Of a DNA stretch of 64,000 bases, positions 19,052 through 29,307 are shown piece by piece. Origin of the DNA: an uncultured Alphaproteobacteria bacterium (GTDB lineage Bacteria; Pseudomonadota; Alphaproteobacteria; CAAGCB01; CAG-977); the NCBI GenBank assembly GCA_944391535.1, contig CALXTY010000001.1, positions 20-64,019 on the forward strand, in the 5' to 3' direction. The position numbers and the translations under genes are program-made. Numbering within the stretch: position 1 is the first letter of the stretch; every line of letters starts with the position of its first letter. Under the pieces are notes generated by a model, which searched no databases, was not told where the DNA came from, and saw only the letters and a program-made list of their open reading frames with translations.

Positions 19052-20105
19052 GCTGTTGCGGTTCGATTTGCGTAATTTTATAAGATTTTTCGGCTTTTTT
19101 ATTTGACCAGATCAATTTGGCATAAGTACGCATATCGATCACTTTATCCGTTTCATCGAGGATTTCTTGTCCGAGGATGGCTTCCAGAACGTCTTCCATC
19201 GTGACGATTCCCAACCATGTTCCCAGTTCGTCATAAACGACTCCGATATGGTTGTGAGAACGGAGCATTTCGCGGAAAACGTAATCGACACTGGAAGTGG
19301 AAGCGATTTCCAGAATGGGGCGAACGGAATGATCGATTTGTAATGTCGGATCTTTTCCCAACATATCGGATTTATGAACATACCCCAAAAAGACTTCTTC
19401 ATCCTCATTTTTCATGACGGGATATCTTGAAAACGAATGTTGCGTAGCGATTTGAATAAATTCTCTGACAGAGATGCCTGCAAGGACGGTGGCGCAGACA
19501 TTACGGGGTGTCAGCAGATTTTTAATTTTAATTTCTTCCAGATTTAAAGTGTTGCAAATCATCTTATATTCATCGTCATCGATGAAATTGGCCGTATGTC
19601 CCATTTTAGTCAAGGCCTTGATTTCTTCGCGAATATCCGTTTTAACGCCGTTTTTCGGCGTGATCATTTTGGTCAGCAATTCAAACAGGATCAGGAAAGG
19701 TTTTAACAGGAATAACATAATTCCCAGAACGAAACACAGGAAACCGACCAATTTATACCAGTAGGTGGCACCGATGGTTTTAGGAATGATTTCGCTACAC
19801 GTCAGAATGGCGACTGTCATGACGGCGGAAGCCACGGCGACATAGTTTGATCCGAACACGACGGCGACTTGTGCGCCGATACAGGAAGCGCCGGCCGTAT
19901 TGGCGATCGTGTTCAACATTAAGATGGCGGCCAGAGGCCTGTCGATGTGTGACTTCAGGAAGGAAATTTTTTTATACAGGTTGGGTTGTTTTTCTTCCAA
20001 TCGGGCGATATAGCTGGGAGTAATGGAAAGCAAAGAGGCTTCCATTAAGGAACACAGAAAGGAAATTCCGACGGTTAAGATGACCAGAATGACGAGAAGG
20101 GTCAT
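19038..20105 (-). CDS. CNNM/CorC-family transporter-associated protein (DUF21 + tandem CBS domains)
   Basis: Four N-terminal TM helices (DUF21) followed by a CBS pair. Typical of the HlyC/CorC family. Confidence 0.7.
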   Translation of the reverse strand: MTLLVILVILTVGISFLCSLMEASLLSITPSYIARLEEKQPNLYKKISFLKSHIDRPLAAILMLNTIANTAGASCIGAQVAVVFGSNYVAVASAVMTVAILTCSEIIPKTIGATYWYKLVGFLCFVLGIMLFLLKPFLILFELLTKMITPKNGVKTDIREEIKALTKMGHTANFIDDDEYKMICNTLNLEEIKIKNLLTPRNVCATVLAGISVREFIQIATQHSFSRYPVMKNEDEEVFLGYVHKSDMLGKDPTLQIDHSVRPILEIASTSSVDYVFREMLRSHNHIGVVYDELGTWLGIVTMEDVLEAILGQEILDETDKVIDMRTYAKLIWSNKKAEKSYKITQIEPQQPTDS

Positions 20106-20171
20106 GAAAAGCCTCTGATAAAAAAAGGTAATAAAGAATAAGTAGCACCAAAGAGAAAGCGGGTAAAGTGA

Positions 20172-20203
20172 AAACGGCGGAAAGAGTTTCCGCCGTTTTT
20201 TTA
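20172..20203. terminator. Hairpin terminator (AACGGCGGaaagagtttCCGCCGTT + T-run) downstream of the antiporter gene
   Basis: 8-bp GC-rich stem, T7 run on the + strand and A-run upstream. Positioned 3' of the minus-strand aaxC-like gene. Confidence 0.45.
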
Positions 20204-20219
20204 ATTTTGAAAAGAGAGG

Positions 20220-21677
20220 TTATACTTTAATGATGCCTCTCCAGAACAGGAAAAGAGCGAAGATCGAAACGATCAGCAACAGCCATGCGAACCATATTTC
20301 GCGTTTTCCGAATATTGTTTGATTCGGATCGTTTTCTTTTCTTGACCAGATAAAGACAGGGATACCGGCGGTCAGGAACAGGACGGCCATTAGCAGATAT
20401 TCCAGTCCCGCCGCATAGATCAGCCATACGGCATAAGCGGATCCGAGGATCGAACAGATCAAAGCTCCGGATCTCGGGACGGCGGCGTTTGCCGGATATT
20501 CACCGTCTTCACAGATTTTCCACAGATAAGCCATACTTGACAAGTAAGCCGGCAGCACCATGACACCCGTAATGGAGAGCATTGTATTCCACGCGTTATT
20601 GGAAAAATAGACCATTAAGATCGCCAATTGCATCAAGGAGCTGGTGACCCACAAAGAAACGGACGGAGATTTATGTTCGTTTTCTTTGGCGAAGACTTTG
20701 GGGAAAGTGCCGTTTTGCGCTGCGGCGAAAGGAATTTCGGCTGTAATCATCGTCCACGCCAACCAACTGGCAAGAACGGCGATCAACAAACCGATATTCA
20801 TCAACCAACTGCCCCAATTTCCGACGACTTTTTCCAAGACGCCGGCGGTGGACGGATTCGGTACGGCGGCCAGTTCGGCTTGGCTCATAAAACCGTACGG
20901 CAGAACGGAGAGCAGCACATAAATAATCAGACAACCCAAAAATCCGATAAAGGTGGCTTTACCGACTTCGGCTTTATTTTCGGCTCTGTCGGACAGCACG
21001 ACGGCACCTTCGATACCGATGAACGCCCACAGCGTGACCAACATCGTTCTTTTGACCTGATCGGGAACGGATCCCAACGCCGCTTGTCCGTGAGAAACCA
21101 GATTACCCCAGAAATCGACTTCGAACTGATGAATTTTAAAGGCGAATATCATAATCAGGATAAAGATGAACAAAGGCAGGATTTTGAATATGGTTGCGAT
21201 TGTGTTAATAAAGCTGGCTTGTTGTACGCCGCGCAGAACGACGAAGTTGAAGAACCAGATCAGGACGGATCCGCCGATAATGGAATAAAGGTTGTTTCCG
21301 CCTTGGAAATAGGGCGGGAAAAAGTAATTCAAGGCGTCCATCGTAATGACGGCATAACCGACGTTTCCGAAGATTTGGCAAAGCCAATATCCCCAACCGA
21401 TTGTAAATCCCATAAAGGGACCGAATCCTTCTCTGGCGTACATATAGATGCCGGCGGTCAGATCCGGTTTTGCATCTGAGAGAATACGGAAAGAGTTTGC
21501 AAGAAAATACATACCGATGCCGGTAATCAGCCAAGCCAATAAAACGGCTCCGACGGATGCGCCGGCCGCCATATTTTGAGGCAAGCTGTAAATCCCTCCT
21601 CCGATCATTGAACTGATCACGACACTGGCCAGAGCAATCAGCCCTAATTTTTTTGTGTCATTTTGTTGCTGTGCCAT
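20220..21677 (-). CDS. aaxC: APC-family arginine:agmatine antiporter (AaxC/AdiC-like)
   Basis: 485 aa, ~12 TM, amino-acid/polyamine/organocation family composition. Lies immediately downstream of a pyruvoyl-dependent arginine decarboxylase. Confidence 0.7.
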   Translation of the reverse strand: MAQQQNDTKKLGLIALASVVISSMIGGGIYSLPQNMAAGASVGAVLLAWLITGIGMYFLANSFRILSDAKPDLTAGIYMYAREGFGPFMGFTIGWGYWLCQIFGNVGYAVITMDALNYFFPPYFQGGNNLYSIIGGSVLIWFFNFVVLRGVQQASFINTIATIFKILPLFIFILIMIFAFKIHQFEVDFWGNLVSHGQAALGSVPDQVKRTMLVTLWAFIGIEGAVVLSDRAENKAEVGKATFIGFLGCLIIYVLLSVLPYGFMSQAELAAVPNPSTAGVLEKVVGNWGSWLMNIGLLIAVLASWLAWTMITAEIPFAAAQNGTFPKVFAKENEHKSPSVSLWVTSSLMQLAILMVYFSNNAWNTMLSITGVMVLPAYLSSMAYLWKICEDGEYPANAAVPRSGALICSILGSAYAVWLIYAAGLEYLLMAVLFLTAGIPVFIWSRKENDPNQTIFGKREIWFAWLLLIVSIFALFLFWRGIIKV

Positions 21678-21749
21678 TTTGATATCCTTTTAAATAAAAA
21701 AAAGCGGTATCGCTTTTTATTTAAAAAACAATACCGCTTGAAATAAAGA

Positions 21750-22331
21750 TTACAGTTTAACGGGGTCTGCCGTTTCGAAATTCAAGAATCCCAAAGCCGT
21801 CAGACAGTAAGCAAACTGTTGTGTGATATTGATATAGTTATGGAACAGTTGGAATTCGCTGTGTTTTTCAACGCCGCGTAATTCCAATTCGTGATTTAAT
21901 GACTTATTCAACCACATTTCGGCGTGTCCTTTGGCGATATCGTCATCAATGTAGGTCGGGAAATATTCGACATATTCCGCAGCCCATCCGCCGATCAATT
22001 TACCGTTTTTGTCTTTTCCCCAACAGATGCCGACGCCGGTGGCAATCGCGCGATGTTCGTTAATGCATGCTCCGTTTCCCGCAATAATGACTTCGAGAAC
22101 GGCTCCGTGTTTAAAGAATTTTGTCACCTTATCGACGGGAACGATATTATTATACAGTTCCGGCGGCAAAACGGACGTATAAGGAACAACGTTGAAATCC
22201 TGAATTTTTGCTTGTGTTAAAGCCGAGTCATAACAAAAAGTTTCAAACGGTTGCGGCGGAATGCCGTCATCTGCCTGTCCGGCTCCGCCTGTATGAAAAG
22301 CCAAAGTCGGATAGCGTGTACCTACTAACAT
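21750..22331 (-). CDS. aaxB: Pyruvoyl-dependent arginine decarboxylase (PdaD/AaxB-like)
   Basis: 193 aa. The VPYT52-S53VLPPE self-cleavage serine context is the same as in Chlamydia AaxB. Conserved GHAEMWL region. Confidence 0.75.
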   Translation of the reverse strand: MLVGTRYPTLAFHTGGAGQADDGIPPQPFETFCYDSALTQAKIQDFNVVPYTSVLPPELYNNIVPVDKVTKFFKHGAVLEVIIAGNGACINEHRAIATGVGICWGKDKNGKLIGGWAAEYVEYFPTYIDDDIAKGHAEMWLNKSLNHELELRGVEKHSEFQLFHNYINITQQFAYCLTALGFLNFETADPVKL

Positions 22332-22339
22332 ATCTTACC

Positions 22340-22537
22340 TCCTGAATAATATTAAAACAAAAAAGAAATTTTCCCTTTTCGTGAAAATATTAGAAAAAAA
22401 TAAAAATAAGTCATAGATAGACTTCTTTTCATAAATAATTATATCCCTATACATATATATATATTCTTGTTGTTGTATTCGTTTTTTGTTTTTATCAATT
22501 TATATTTTTTTTATTTGTTTTTATATGCGAGGATATT
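22340..22537. promoter_or_regulatory. AT-rich divergent intergenic control region (aaxB-aaxC operon vs porin gene), includes an (AT)n tract
   Basis: ~200 bp that looks strongly AT-rich by eye, with ATATATATATAT and A/T runs (curved-DNA-like), between divergently oriented genes. Confidence 0.3.
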
Positions 22538-23824
22538 ATGAGATCTATAAATCAGAAAGATGTGAAGAAAACGTCATTTTTTTCATTTGCATGCGCCGCA
22601 CTGCTATTTCCTTGCAGTGTTTTTGCGCAGCAAGTGACAGAATTTGAACTTACGGAACAATTTGACCTATCCGTTCCTCAGACAACAAAAAGCGGTAAAT
22701 TGTCAACACGGTTGAAAAACGCCATGCATCGATTGGATAATGATGTCGAAGGATTTGAAAAAAAATATAACGATTTTAAATCGAAATTATCCGACGACTA
22801 CGGCATACAATATTCTTTAGATGTGTCGTTTATGGGGCAAAAAGGCGTGCCGAACGGGGGAAAAACGGCGACACAAACCATTTATGCGCCGACTATGTCA
22901 TGGCAGATTTTTAATGATGACACATACGGTTCGGGAACGATTAATCTGTCTTATACGGCGGCGCGTTATTGGGGTAATAACGGTGAAAATATCGGGAATA
23001 ACCTCTATGTGGCCAATTCAATCAACGATTTTACGACGCCGTCTAACGCGTTTGACCAATTAAGCTATACTCAGTCTTTGTTTGACGATAAGCTTTCGAT
23101 TACAGTCGGTCAATTTCCGCTATATGATTTTGACGGGACGCAATACGATTCTAATCAACAAACGAATTTTATCAACTACGCCCTTTCTCAGAACGCCAGT
23201 GAAACATATCCGATCGCCGGATTGGGAGCGTATGTTCAGTACAATCCGAACAGTGAATGGTCTTTTGCCGGCGGTTTTCAGAACGCTCGGAACATAACGG
23301 GAGAAACGCTGTCCGCAAAAGGATGGGGGGATCATCGTTTTACAACGTTCGGGTCGATTTCTTATACACCGACGATTAACGGCCAGTCAGGGCAGTATTC
23401 CTTGTTGGTCTATAACCAGCCCAGCGTTGAAACTCAGCCTCAAAACACGACGGGCTGGTCAATCAATATGTCACAGAATTTGACGGAAAAATGGGGCGTC
23501 TTTTTGCGCGCCAACGCCGCGACCGGAGATTCCATGCCGATCACTCAGTCGTATGTCATCGGCGGAGTTTACAATAATCCTTTAAATCGCAATCCGTTGG
23601 ATCAGATCGGATTGGCGGTGGCTTACAACAAAGTCAGCAAGGAATACTTTGATTCCGCCGAACCGATGCGTCAGTATGAAACCGTATTGGAAACGTATTG
23701 GAATATCGGGATCACACAGTTTTTAACCATCGCTCCGGACATTCAGGTTTATATTCATCCGGCATCGAAACGTGACAGGGATTTCGGAACGGTATTCAGT
23801 TTACGCGGCACGATCTTGTTGTAA
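22538..23824 (+). CDS. Outer-membrane porin (OprB/AaxA-like)
   Basis: Signal peptide (AALLFPCSVFAQQ) followed by alternating amphipathic beta-strand-like sequence. Divergent from the decarboxylase-antiporter pair. Confidence 0.5.
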   Translation: MRSINQKDVKKTSFFSFACAALLFPCSVFAQQVTEFELTEQFDLSVPQTTKSGKLSTRLKNAMHRLDNDVEGFEKKYNDFKSKLSDDYGIQYSLDVSFMGQKGVPNGGKTATQTIYAPTMSWQIFNDDTYGSGTINLSYTAARYWGNNGENIGNNLYVANSINDFTTPSNAFDQLSYTQSLFDDKLSITVGQFPLYDFDGTQYDSNQQTNFINYALSQNASETYPIAGLGAYVQYNPNSEWSFAGGFQNARNITGETLSAKGWGDHRFTTFGSISYTPTINGQSGQYSLLVYNQPSVETQPQNTTGWSINMSQNLTEKWGVFLRANAATGDSMPITQSYVIGGVYNNPLNRNPLDQIGLAVAYNKVSKEYFDSAEPMRQYETVLETYWNIGITQFLTIAPDIQVYIHPASKRDRDFGTVFSLRGTILL

Positions 23825-24349
23825 ATTTTCACGAGAGCCTGCATTTATCAGGCTCTTTTTTTTATCTTTTTGCATTCTCCACAGGGTAAAGGAGTAGATC
23901 AAAATATTGGTTGTGTCTTCGATGGCGCCGCCGACGGAATGTCCGGCGATATCGTGGATCAGCCACAGGAAGCAACAAAAAATGAAACAGATTCTCAATT
24001 TGATGCCGCCGGAATAAGCGGCGACGAAAGTCGCAAGGACAACGGCGGCGACAGGTAACAAACTGTAAGGATTTTTATAACTCAGATAACCGGAAATCAA
24101 GGCGATCACCGCAAAAGGATAAGCGATGAGCGCGCCTTTGAAATGAATATTCAAATACATTCTGGTTCCGACGATGATTTTGGAAAGACAAGCGCTGAAG
24201 TTTCCCAACAAGAAATGATGCAGACTGAACAGCCCGTTTGATATGGCGAACAGGAGAAACAGTTTTTTATCGTTTTTTTGCAAAGCGCCGGTCAATGAAA
24301 CGGCGTAGGCCACATACCCCAGAATTTGCGGTAAAGAAAAAAATTCCAT
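23801..24349 (-). CDS. Inner-membrane protein, YgjV-like (183 aa)
   Basis: Six predicted TM segments. Start refined to ATG at 24349 (the ORF track starts at 24469 and would overlap hisF by 108 nt). Last gene of the ubiA-hisH-hisF operon. Confidence 0.45.
   Translation of the reverse strand: MEFFSLPQILGYVAYAVSLTGALQKNDKKLFLLFAISNGLFSLHHFLLGNFSACLSKIIVGTRMYLNIHFKGALIAYPFAVIALISGYLSYKNPYSLLPVAAVVLATFVAAYSGGIKLRICFIFCCFLWLIHDIAGHSVGGAIEDTTNILIYSFTLWRMQKDKKKSLINAGSRENLQQDRAA
23834..23863 (+). terminator. Rho-independent terminator after the porin gene (AGAGCCTGcatttatCAGGCTCT + T8)
   Basis: Perfect 8-bp stem, 7-nt loop, then TTTTTTTT. Confidence 0.6.
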
Positions 24350-24360
24350 TTTCTTAATTC

Positions 24361-25122
24361 CTATATCAGGCGGATATTGATCATGTTTTGCTTCAACGCT
24401 TTTTTCAGATTCGGGATCGGCAACGTTCCGTAATGGAAGATCGAAGCTGCCAAAGCCGCATCCGCGCATCCTTTTGTAAAGACGTCAATGAAATGTTCGG
24501 GATCTGGACCGGCGCCGCCTGAAGCGATGACAGGCAGGTTTGTGTTTTTGGATACCAGAGCCGTCAATTCCAGATCGAATCCTTTTTGCGTTCCGTCGGC
24601 GTCCATAGATGTCAGCAGGATTTCGCCGGCTCCCAAAGATTCGACTTCTTTAACCCAATCCAGCACTTTTTTAGGCGTTTTTTTCTGTCCGGCGTTGGTA
24701 ACGACATGGAAATCATTGTCGTAACGTTTGGCGTCGACGGCAATAACGACGCATTGCGAACCGAATTGTTCCGCGGCTTGCCTGATCAATGTCGGATTTG
24801 TAACGGCCGCCGTGTTTAACGACACTTTATCGGCGCCTGCCAACAATAAGGATCGGATGTCTTCTAATGTTTTAATGCCGCCGCCGACGGTAAACGGGAT
24901 AAAGACTTTTTTAGCGACGCGTTCCACAACGTCCAGCATTGTTTTTCGTCCGTCGTTTGTCGCGGTAATATCCAGAAAGACCAATTCGTCGGCGCCTTCT
25001 TGAGAATACTTTCCGGCCAAAGAAACGGGATCTCCGGCGTATTTCAGGTTTTCAAAATTAACCCCTTTAACGGTTTGACCGTCTTTCACGTCCAGACAGG
25101 GAATGATTCTTTTTGTCAGCAT
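24361..25122 (-). CDS. hisF: Imidazole glycerol phosphate synthase cyclase subunit HisF homolog (isolated hisH/hisF pair, no hisA)
   Basis: TIM-barrel HisF motifs ([23 protein letters not shown]). Directly downstream of hisH, without the rest of the his operon. Confidence 0.8.
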   Translation of the reverse strand: MLTKRIIPCLDVKDGQTVKGVNFENLKYAGDPVSLAGKYSQEGADELVFLDITATNDGRKTMLDVVERVAKKVFIPFTVGGGIKTLEDIRSLLLAGADKVSLNTAAVTNPTLIRQAAEQFGSQCVVIAVDAKRYDNDFHVVTNAGQKKTPKKVLDWVKEVESLGAGEILLTSMDADGTQKGFDLELTALVSKNTNLPVIASGGAGPDPEHFIDVFTKGCADAALAASIFHYGTLPIPNLKKALKQNMINIRLI

Positions 25123-25126
25123 CGTT

Positions 25127-25714
25127 TTATCCTTTAATCCAACGTTGAAGGGTATCGTAACCGGTTTTTCCGCTTTTTTCGGGATGGAATTGAGTGGCGG
25201 TCATATGACCGACCTGCACGGCGGCGGTGAAAGGAATATGGTATTCGGCTGTCGCCGATACGATTGAAGGATCGTCGCACACGGCGTGATAAGAGTTGAC
25301 GAAATAATAGAAATCGTCTTTTAAAAAGGTGTTGGCCGAAGTCGTGTTTATTTTATTCCACCCGATTTGAGGTATTTTTCCTTGAGTAAACCGGACATTT
25401 TTTCCTTTTAACAAACACAATCCCTTTACATCGGGCGCTTCTTCGGACGCTTCGAACAAGACCTGCAATCCGACGCAGATTCCCAAGAAAGGAATGCCGT
25501 TCAGAATGACTTTGCGCAACGGTTCCGCCAATCCTTTGGTTGTCAAAGACGCCATGACCTGTCCGAAATGCCCTTGCCCCGGAAAGATCAGACGATCCGC
25601 GTTCAAGAGATCTTTTTCTTTGTCGGACACGATATAGTTGACGGCGAAAGAATCCAACAGATTTGTCACGCTTTTTAAGTTGCCGCCGCCGTAATCAAGG
25701 ATAGTCAGCATCAT
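25127..25714 (-). CDS. hisH: Glutamine amidotransferase HisH homolog
   Basis: Class I GATase with Cys nucleophile GICVGLQ and the catalytic His (HFHPEKS). Confidence 0.8.
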   Translation of the reverse strand: MMLTILDYGGGNLKSVTNLLDSFAVNYIVSDKEKDLLNADRLIFPGQGHFGQVMASLTTKGLAEPLRKVILNGIPFLGICVGLQVLFEASEEAPDVKGLCLLKGKNVRFTQGKIPQIGWNKINTTSANTFLKDDFYYFVNSYHAVCDDPSIVSATAEYHIPFTAAVQVGHMTATQFHPEKSGKTGYDTLQRWIKG

Positions 25715-25720
25715 TTCCTC

Positions 25721-26641
25721 TCAAAAAAACAAAGAGCCGTACATAAAGAAAGCCATATACAGTCCGTAGCCCAACACCAACAAGATCAGGATTTTATCCG
25801 ACGTCAGGACATCGACCGGATCGGCGTATGTTTTTGATTCGATCAGCAGGCTGTAGCGCATGCAAATCAACAATACCAAAGGAACGGACCACACTCTTGC
25901 GTTTGACGGATCGGGCAGGACGGGAATGGGCGAGATGGCCCACAAAGCATAAAAAGCGATGGTCAGCGTCAAACACATATACATATTTTTATCAAGAAAT
26001 TCAGGGGTGTAGAATTTCAGGACACCGTTGATTTCATGATTATTGTCGATTCTTTTAAGCAATTCGTTACGTCTTTTGCCCAAGCCCAAATAAGCGGCCA
26101 TTGTCGTTACGGTCAAATAAAGCCAGACGGAGACAGTGGTTTCGATCAGGAAAGCCCCGTAAAAGATTCGGATCAGAAAACCGAAAACCAGAATGGCGAT
26201 ATCCAGCAAGGGTATTTGTTTAGCTTTCAGGGAATAAACGATATTTAAGACAAGATAGGTCAGCAACAACGCCGTTGTCGCGCAGACGTTTGAAACGCAA
26301 CGGTTAATGAAGAGCGAGGCGCAGATTAAAATCAGGAACAGGATTTTTGCGGTTTTAGGTCGGACTTGTCCCGCGGCGATGGGGCGAGTTTTTTTAATTT
26401 CATGAATTTTATCTGTTTCGATATCGTTTAAATCATTAAAGACATAGACGCTCGAAGCCATGAAATTAAAGGCCCACCAGCCGATAAAGACGATCAGGAA
26501 ACTTTCGGGATCAAACAGATGTCCGCTGAAGATCAACGGAGCAAAGACCAAAGCGTTTTTCAGCCAATGTTTTGGCCGGCATAACCGTATCAGAGGAAAT
26601 ATTTTAGAAAAAGCCATGATGAACTCCGCGATTTTTTTCAC
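25721..26641 (-). CDS. UbiA-family polyprenyl-phosphate prenyl/glycosyl transferase (DPPR-synthase-like)
   Basis: ~8 TM and the Asp-rich motif NDLNDIETD. First gene of an operon with hisH/hisF paralogs. Confidence 0.65.
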   Translation of the reverse strand: MKKIAEFIMAFSKIFPLIRLCRPKHWLKNALVFAPLIFSGHLFDPESFLIVFIGWWAFNFMASSVYVFNDLNDIETDKIHEIKKTRPIAAGQVRPKTAKILFLILICASLFINRCVSNVCATTALLLTYLVLNIVYSLKAKQIPLLDIAILVFGFLIRIFYGAFLIETTVSVWLYLTVTTMAAYLGLGKRRNELLKRIDNNHEINGVLKFYTPEFLDKNMYMCLTLTIAFYALWAISPIPVLPDPSNARVWSVPLVLLICMRYSLLIESKTYADPVDVLTSDKILILLVLGYGLYMAFFMYGSLFF

Positions 26642-26759
26642 AATAGCATTGTTTTTTTTAAAATGAAAGTGCGGACGGCTTTGTTAAAAAAGAGTGGATT
26701 TTTTCTAAAAATTTATTGCAAAATGGAAATTAAGGGACTATAACCTTTGTTAGATTTAT

Positions 26760-26835
<76 letters not shown>

Positions 26836-26837
26836 AT

Positions 26838-26866
26838 CAAAAGGGTGTCGACAGACACCCTTTTTT
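26838..26866 (+). terminator. Terminator hairpin after tRNA-Lys (AAGGGTGTCgacaGACACCCTT + T6)
   Basis: 9-bp stem followed by a T-run, immediately 3' of the tRNA. Confidence 0.55.
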
Positions 26867-26962
26867 GTTAAGGAAAATCGATTTAAGTGAATTGTTTTGA
26901 TCTTTTTTTTAAAATCTGTTTTTATTGATGCAAAACACCCATTGATTTAAAGGGCTTTTCAG

Positions 26963-27586
26963 ATGTCTGAAAAACTAAATTGCACTTCTTTGGAAACGCC
27001 GCGTCTGATTTTAAACGGTTTTAGCGAAAACGATTTTAACGACCTGGTTCGAATCGCTTTGGATTTGAACAAAGAGGCCATTCAAGGCAAATGTAAACCT
27101 TTTGTCGCTTTTTATAACGGTTTGAACGGTGTGTGCGATGAGAAAAAAACGCAAGAAAATGTCAGAATATATTTGGATCGCGTTTTGGGAAAGACGGACA
27201 CAAACGACGATAAATGGATGCATTGTTACGCCGTTCGGGAAAAACCGGATATGAAATTGATCGGATTGGCCGGTTTTGTTTTTTTTAGAGATTCTCGGGA
27301 TAAATCGATCATTCATCATGATTTGGGATACTTTATGTCTCTTCGTTTTCAACGGCGGGGCTATATGCTTGAAGCGGCAAAAGAGGTTTGTCGTCATTTT
27401 TTCGAACAATTCGATTTGTTGGAAGCGACAATGCATCCCGAAAATAAGGCTTCGTCTTCATTGCTTGAAAAATTAGGATTCCGTATCGTAGGGATTGATG
27501 AGAAATCCAAATATAATGGCGAACCTCGATTAAAATTTAAATTGACGAAGAACGGATTTTTTCATGCAAATAAACAAGCGGGATAA
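26963..27586 (+). CDS. GNAT-family N-acetyltransferase
   Basis: Acetyl-CoA-binding core resembling RimJ/RimL-type GNATs (FQRRGYMLEAAKEVCRHFFE). Confidence 0.55.
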   Translation: MSEKLNCTSLETPRLILNGFSENDFNDLVRIALDLNKEAIQGKCKPFVAFYNGLNGVCDEKKTQENVRIYLDRVLGKTDTNDDKWMHCYAVREKPDMKLIGLAGFVFFRDSRDKSIIHHDLGYFMSLRFQRRGYMLEAAKEVCRHFFEQFDLLEATMHPENKASSSLLEKLGFRIVGIDEKSKYNGEPRLKFKLTKNGFFHANKQAG

Positions 27587-27591
27587 CGCTC

Positions 27592-29301
27592 ATGTATAAG
27601 ATTTATGAAAGATATGAAAAAACATTCAATGCCCTTTTTTTGTTAATTCCGTATTTTCTTCTGTTTTCTTGTTGGGACGGTTTGTTTCGAGATTCGGATA
27701 ATTATACGCATGCTGTTCGTGTTCTTGACTTTTTGAAGAGTGGTGTTTGGGCGGAACAGCCTTTTGTCCACAGCAATTATCCGAAGGGGGAGATTTTGAA
27801 CTTTACGCGCATTGTCGACATGTTGTGGACTTTATGCGCGTTGCCGTTTATGCCGTTTTATTCTTTAAAAGAATCCGTTTTTTTCGGCGGCGTCCTGATG
27901 CAACCGTGCGTGGCGATTTTAACGGCGTGGGCCATAACGGTTCAGTTGAAACCGTATTTTGGCGCGATCGCTCGTTTGTTCGGTTTGATTTTTTTCTTTT
28001 TATTGCAGGCGATATTGCAAATATATATGTTCGCCCGTCCGGATCATCATACGATTGTGATTTGCTTGGGCTGTTGGCAATTGGCTTGTTTTCTGATTTA
28101 CATCAAAGAACGAAAAATCATTTACATGAAGCTTGCCGGCGTTTTGGGCGGCCTTCTTTTATGGGTGACGATTGAAGGCATTCTTTTTTCGTACGCTGTG
28201 GCGGCGAGTTGGGTTCTTTTATGGATTTTCGGTCAAGAAGACTTAAAATCCGTAAAGACATTTATGCTGTTTGCTTTTGTCGGCAGTCTTGTCTTTTTAT
28301 TGTTAAACCCGCCGTATGAAGGTCTGCTTTTCTTGGATAACGGGCGCTTGTCCGTTTTACCGGTGACCGCTTTCGGTTTTTCCGCGTTGGCGTTTTATAT
28401 CGCGGATTTATCCTGCTTTCATTCGGTTATGCAAAAAAATTCGAGCCGTTTCGGCGCAATTGTTTTTTTAACGATTGTGTTCAGTCTTTTATTTTTGGCT
28501 GTTTTCGGAGGCTGGAACGTGGTCTTCGCTCCGTATTTTCCTTCATCGATCAGAAACAGATGGCTTCTTTCCGTCGGGGAGTTCTTTCCCGCAAATCATT
28601 CGGGATTGGCTTTCGCGTCATTTGCTTTGCCGTCGATTTTTGCTTTTCTTTTCGGCGTGTGCGCTTTTAAATCGGCGTCCTCTCAAGAAAGAAAAGGACT
28701 GATTTTAACGCTGATTCCGTTGTTTTTCTTTTTTCTTTTAACACTGAAACATATTCGTTTTTCTGAAAATGCCGCCGTTTTCAGCGTCTTTCCGGTTGTT
28801 TTATTCTGGAATAATTTTATTACGGAAGGAAAAAAGGAAAGATCAAAATTTGACGGGGTTATTTTATTTTCGGCTTTTTGTTTCGGCGTTCTTTACCTAA
28901 GCGTCTGTTTGCTTCAGACTCAGGAAGCTTATTCTCATCATCAACATTCCGTTTATGGATTGGAACGAATTGTTCCGTATCTTTCCGATTTTGAAAAGGA
29001 CGGATCTTTGTTGGTGTATCCGTCTCAAGGCTCTGAAACCATTTGGTCGACGGAGCGGTTTGTAATCGGGACACCGAATCATCGCAATATCGAAGGCGTT
29101 GTCGATTCTCATGCGTTGCTGTACGGCAAAGATCGAAATAAGGTCATTGATCTTTTAAATAAACATTCTGTTCGAGGCGTTTTACTGACGGACGAACAAA
29201 AACCGACAGGCGTTTTGTTGAGCTTGGAGTGTGTGCAAAAAATAGAAAACACGCCCGAAAAACTGGTCTTGTATCGTGTGAATTTGGCAACGTGTCGATA
29301 A
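27592..29301 (+). CDS. Polytopic membrane protein, GT-C-fold glycosyltransferase-like (paralog of 42159..44021)
   Basis: More than 10 TM. First-loop Asp motif DSDNYTHAVRVLDF...HSNYPKGEILNFTRIVDM is shared with the 664-aa paralog. Fold assignment is an inference. Confidence 0.4.
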   Translation: MYKIYERYEKTFNALFLLIPYFLLFSCWDGLFRDSDNYTHAVRVLDFLKSGVWAEQPFVHSNYPKGEILNFTRIVDMLWTLCALPFMPFYSLKESVFFGGVLMQPCVAILTAWAITVQLKPYFGAIARLFGLIFFFLLQAILQIYMFARPDHHTIVICLGCWQLACFLIYIKERKIIYMKLAGVLGGLLLWVTIEGILFSYAVAASWVLLWIFGQEDLKSVKTFMLFAFVGSLVFLLLNPPYEGLLFLDNGRLSVLPVTAFGFSALAFYIADLSCFHSVMQKNSSRFGAIVFLTIVFSLLFLAVFGGWNVVFAPYFPSSIRNRWLLSVGEFFPANHSGLAFASFALPSIFAFLFGVCAFKSASSQERKGLILTLIPLFFFFLLTLKHIRFSENAAVFSVFPVVLFWNNFITEGKKERSKFDGVILFSAFCFGVLYLSVCLLQTQEAYSHHQHSVYGLERIVPYLSDFEKDGSLLVYPSQGSETIWSTERFVIGTPNHRNIEGVVDSHALLYGKDRNKVIDLLNKHSVRGVLLTDEQKPTGVLLSLECVQKIENTPEKLVLYRVNLATCR

Positions 29302-29307
29302 AAGGTG

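Noticed and set aside
24361-25714. hisH-hisF as evidence of a histidine biosynthesis operon
   Set aside because: No hisA between them and no other his genes nearby. The pair is co-operonic with a UbiA transferase instead, so it is treated as a paralogous or repurposed pair (uncertain).
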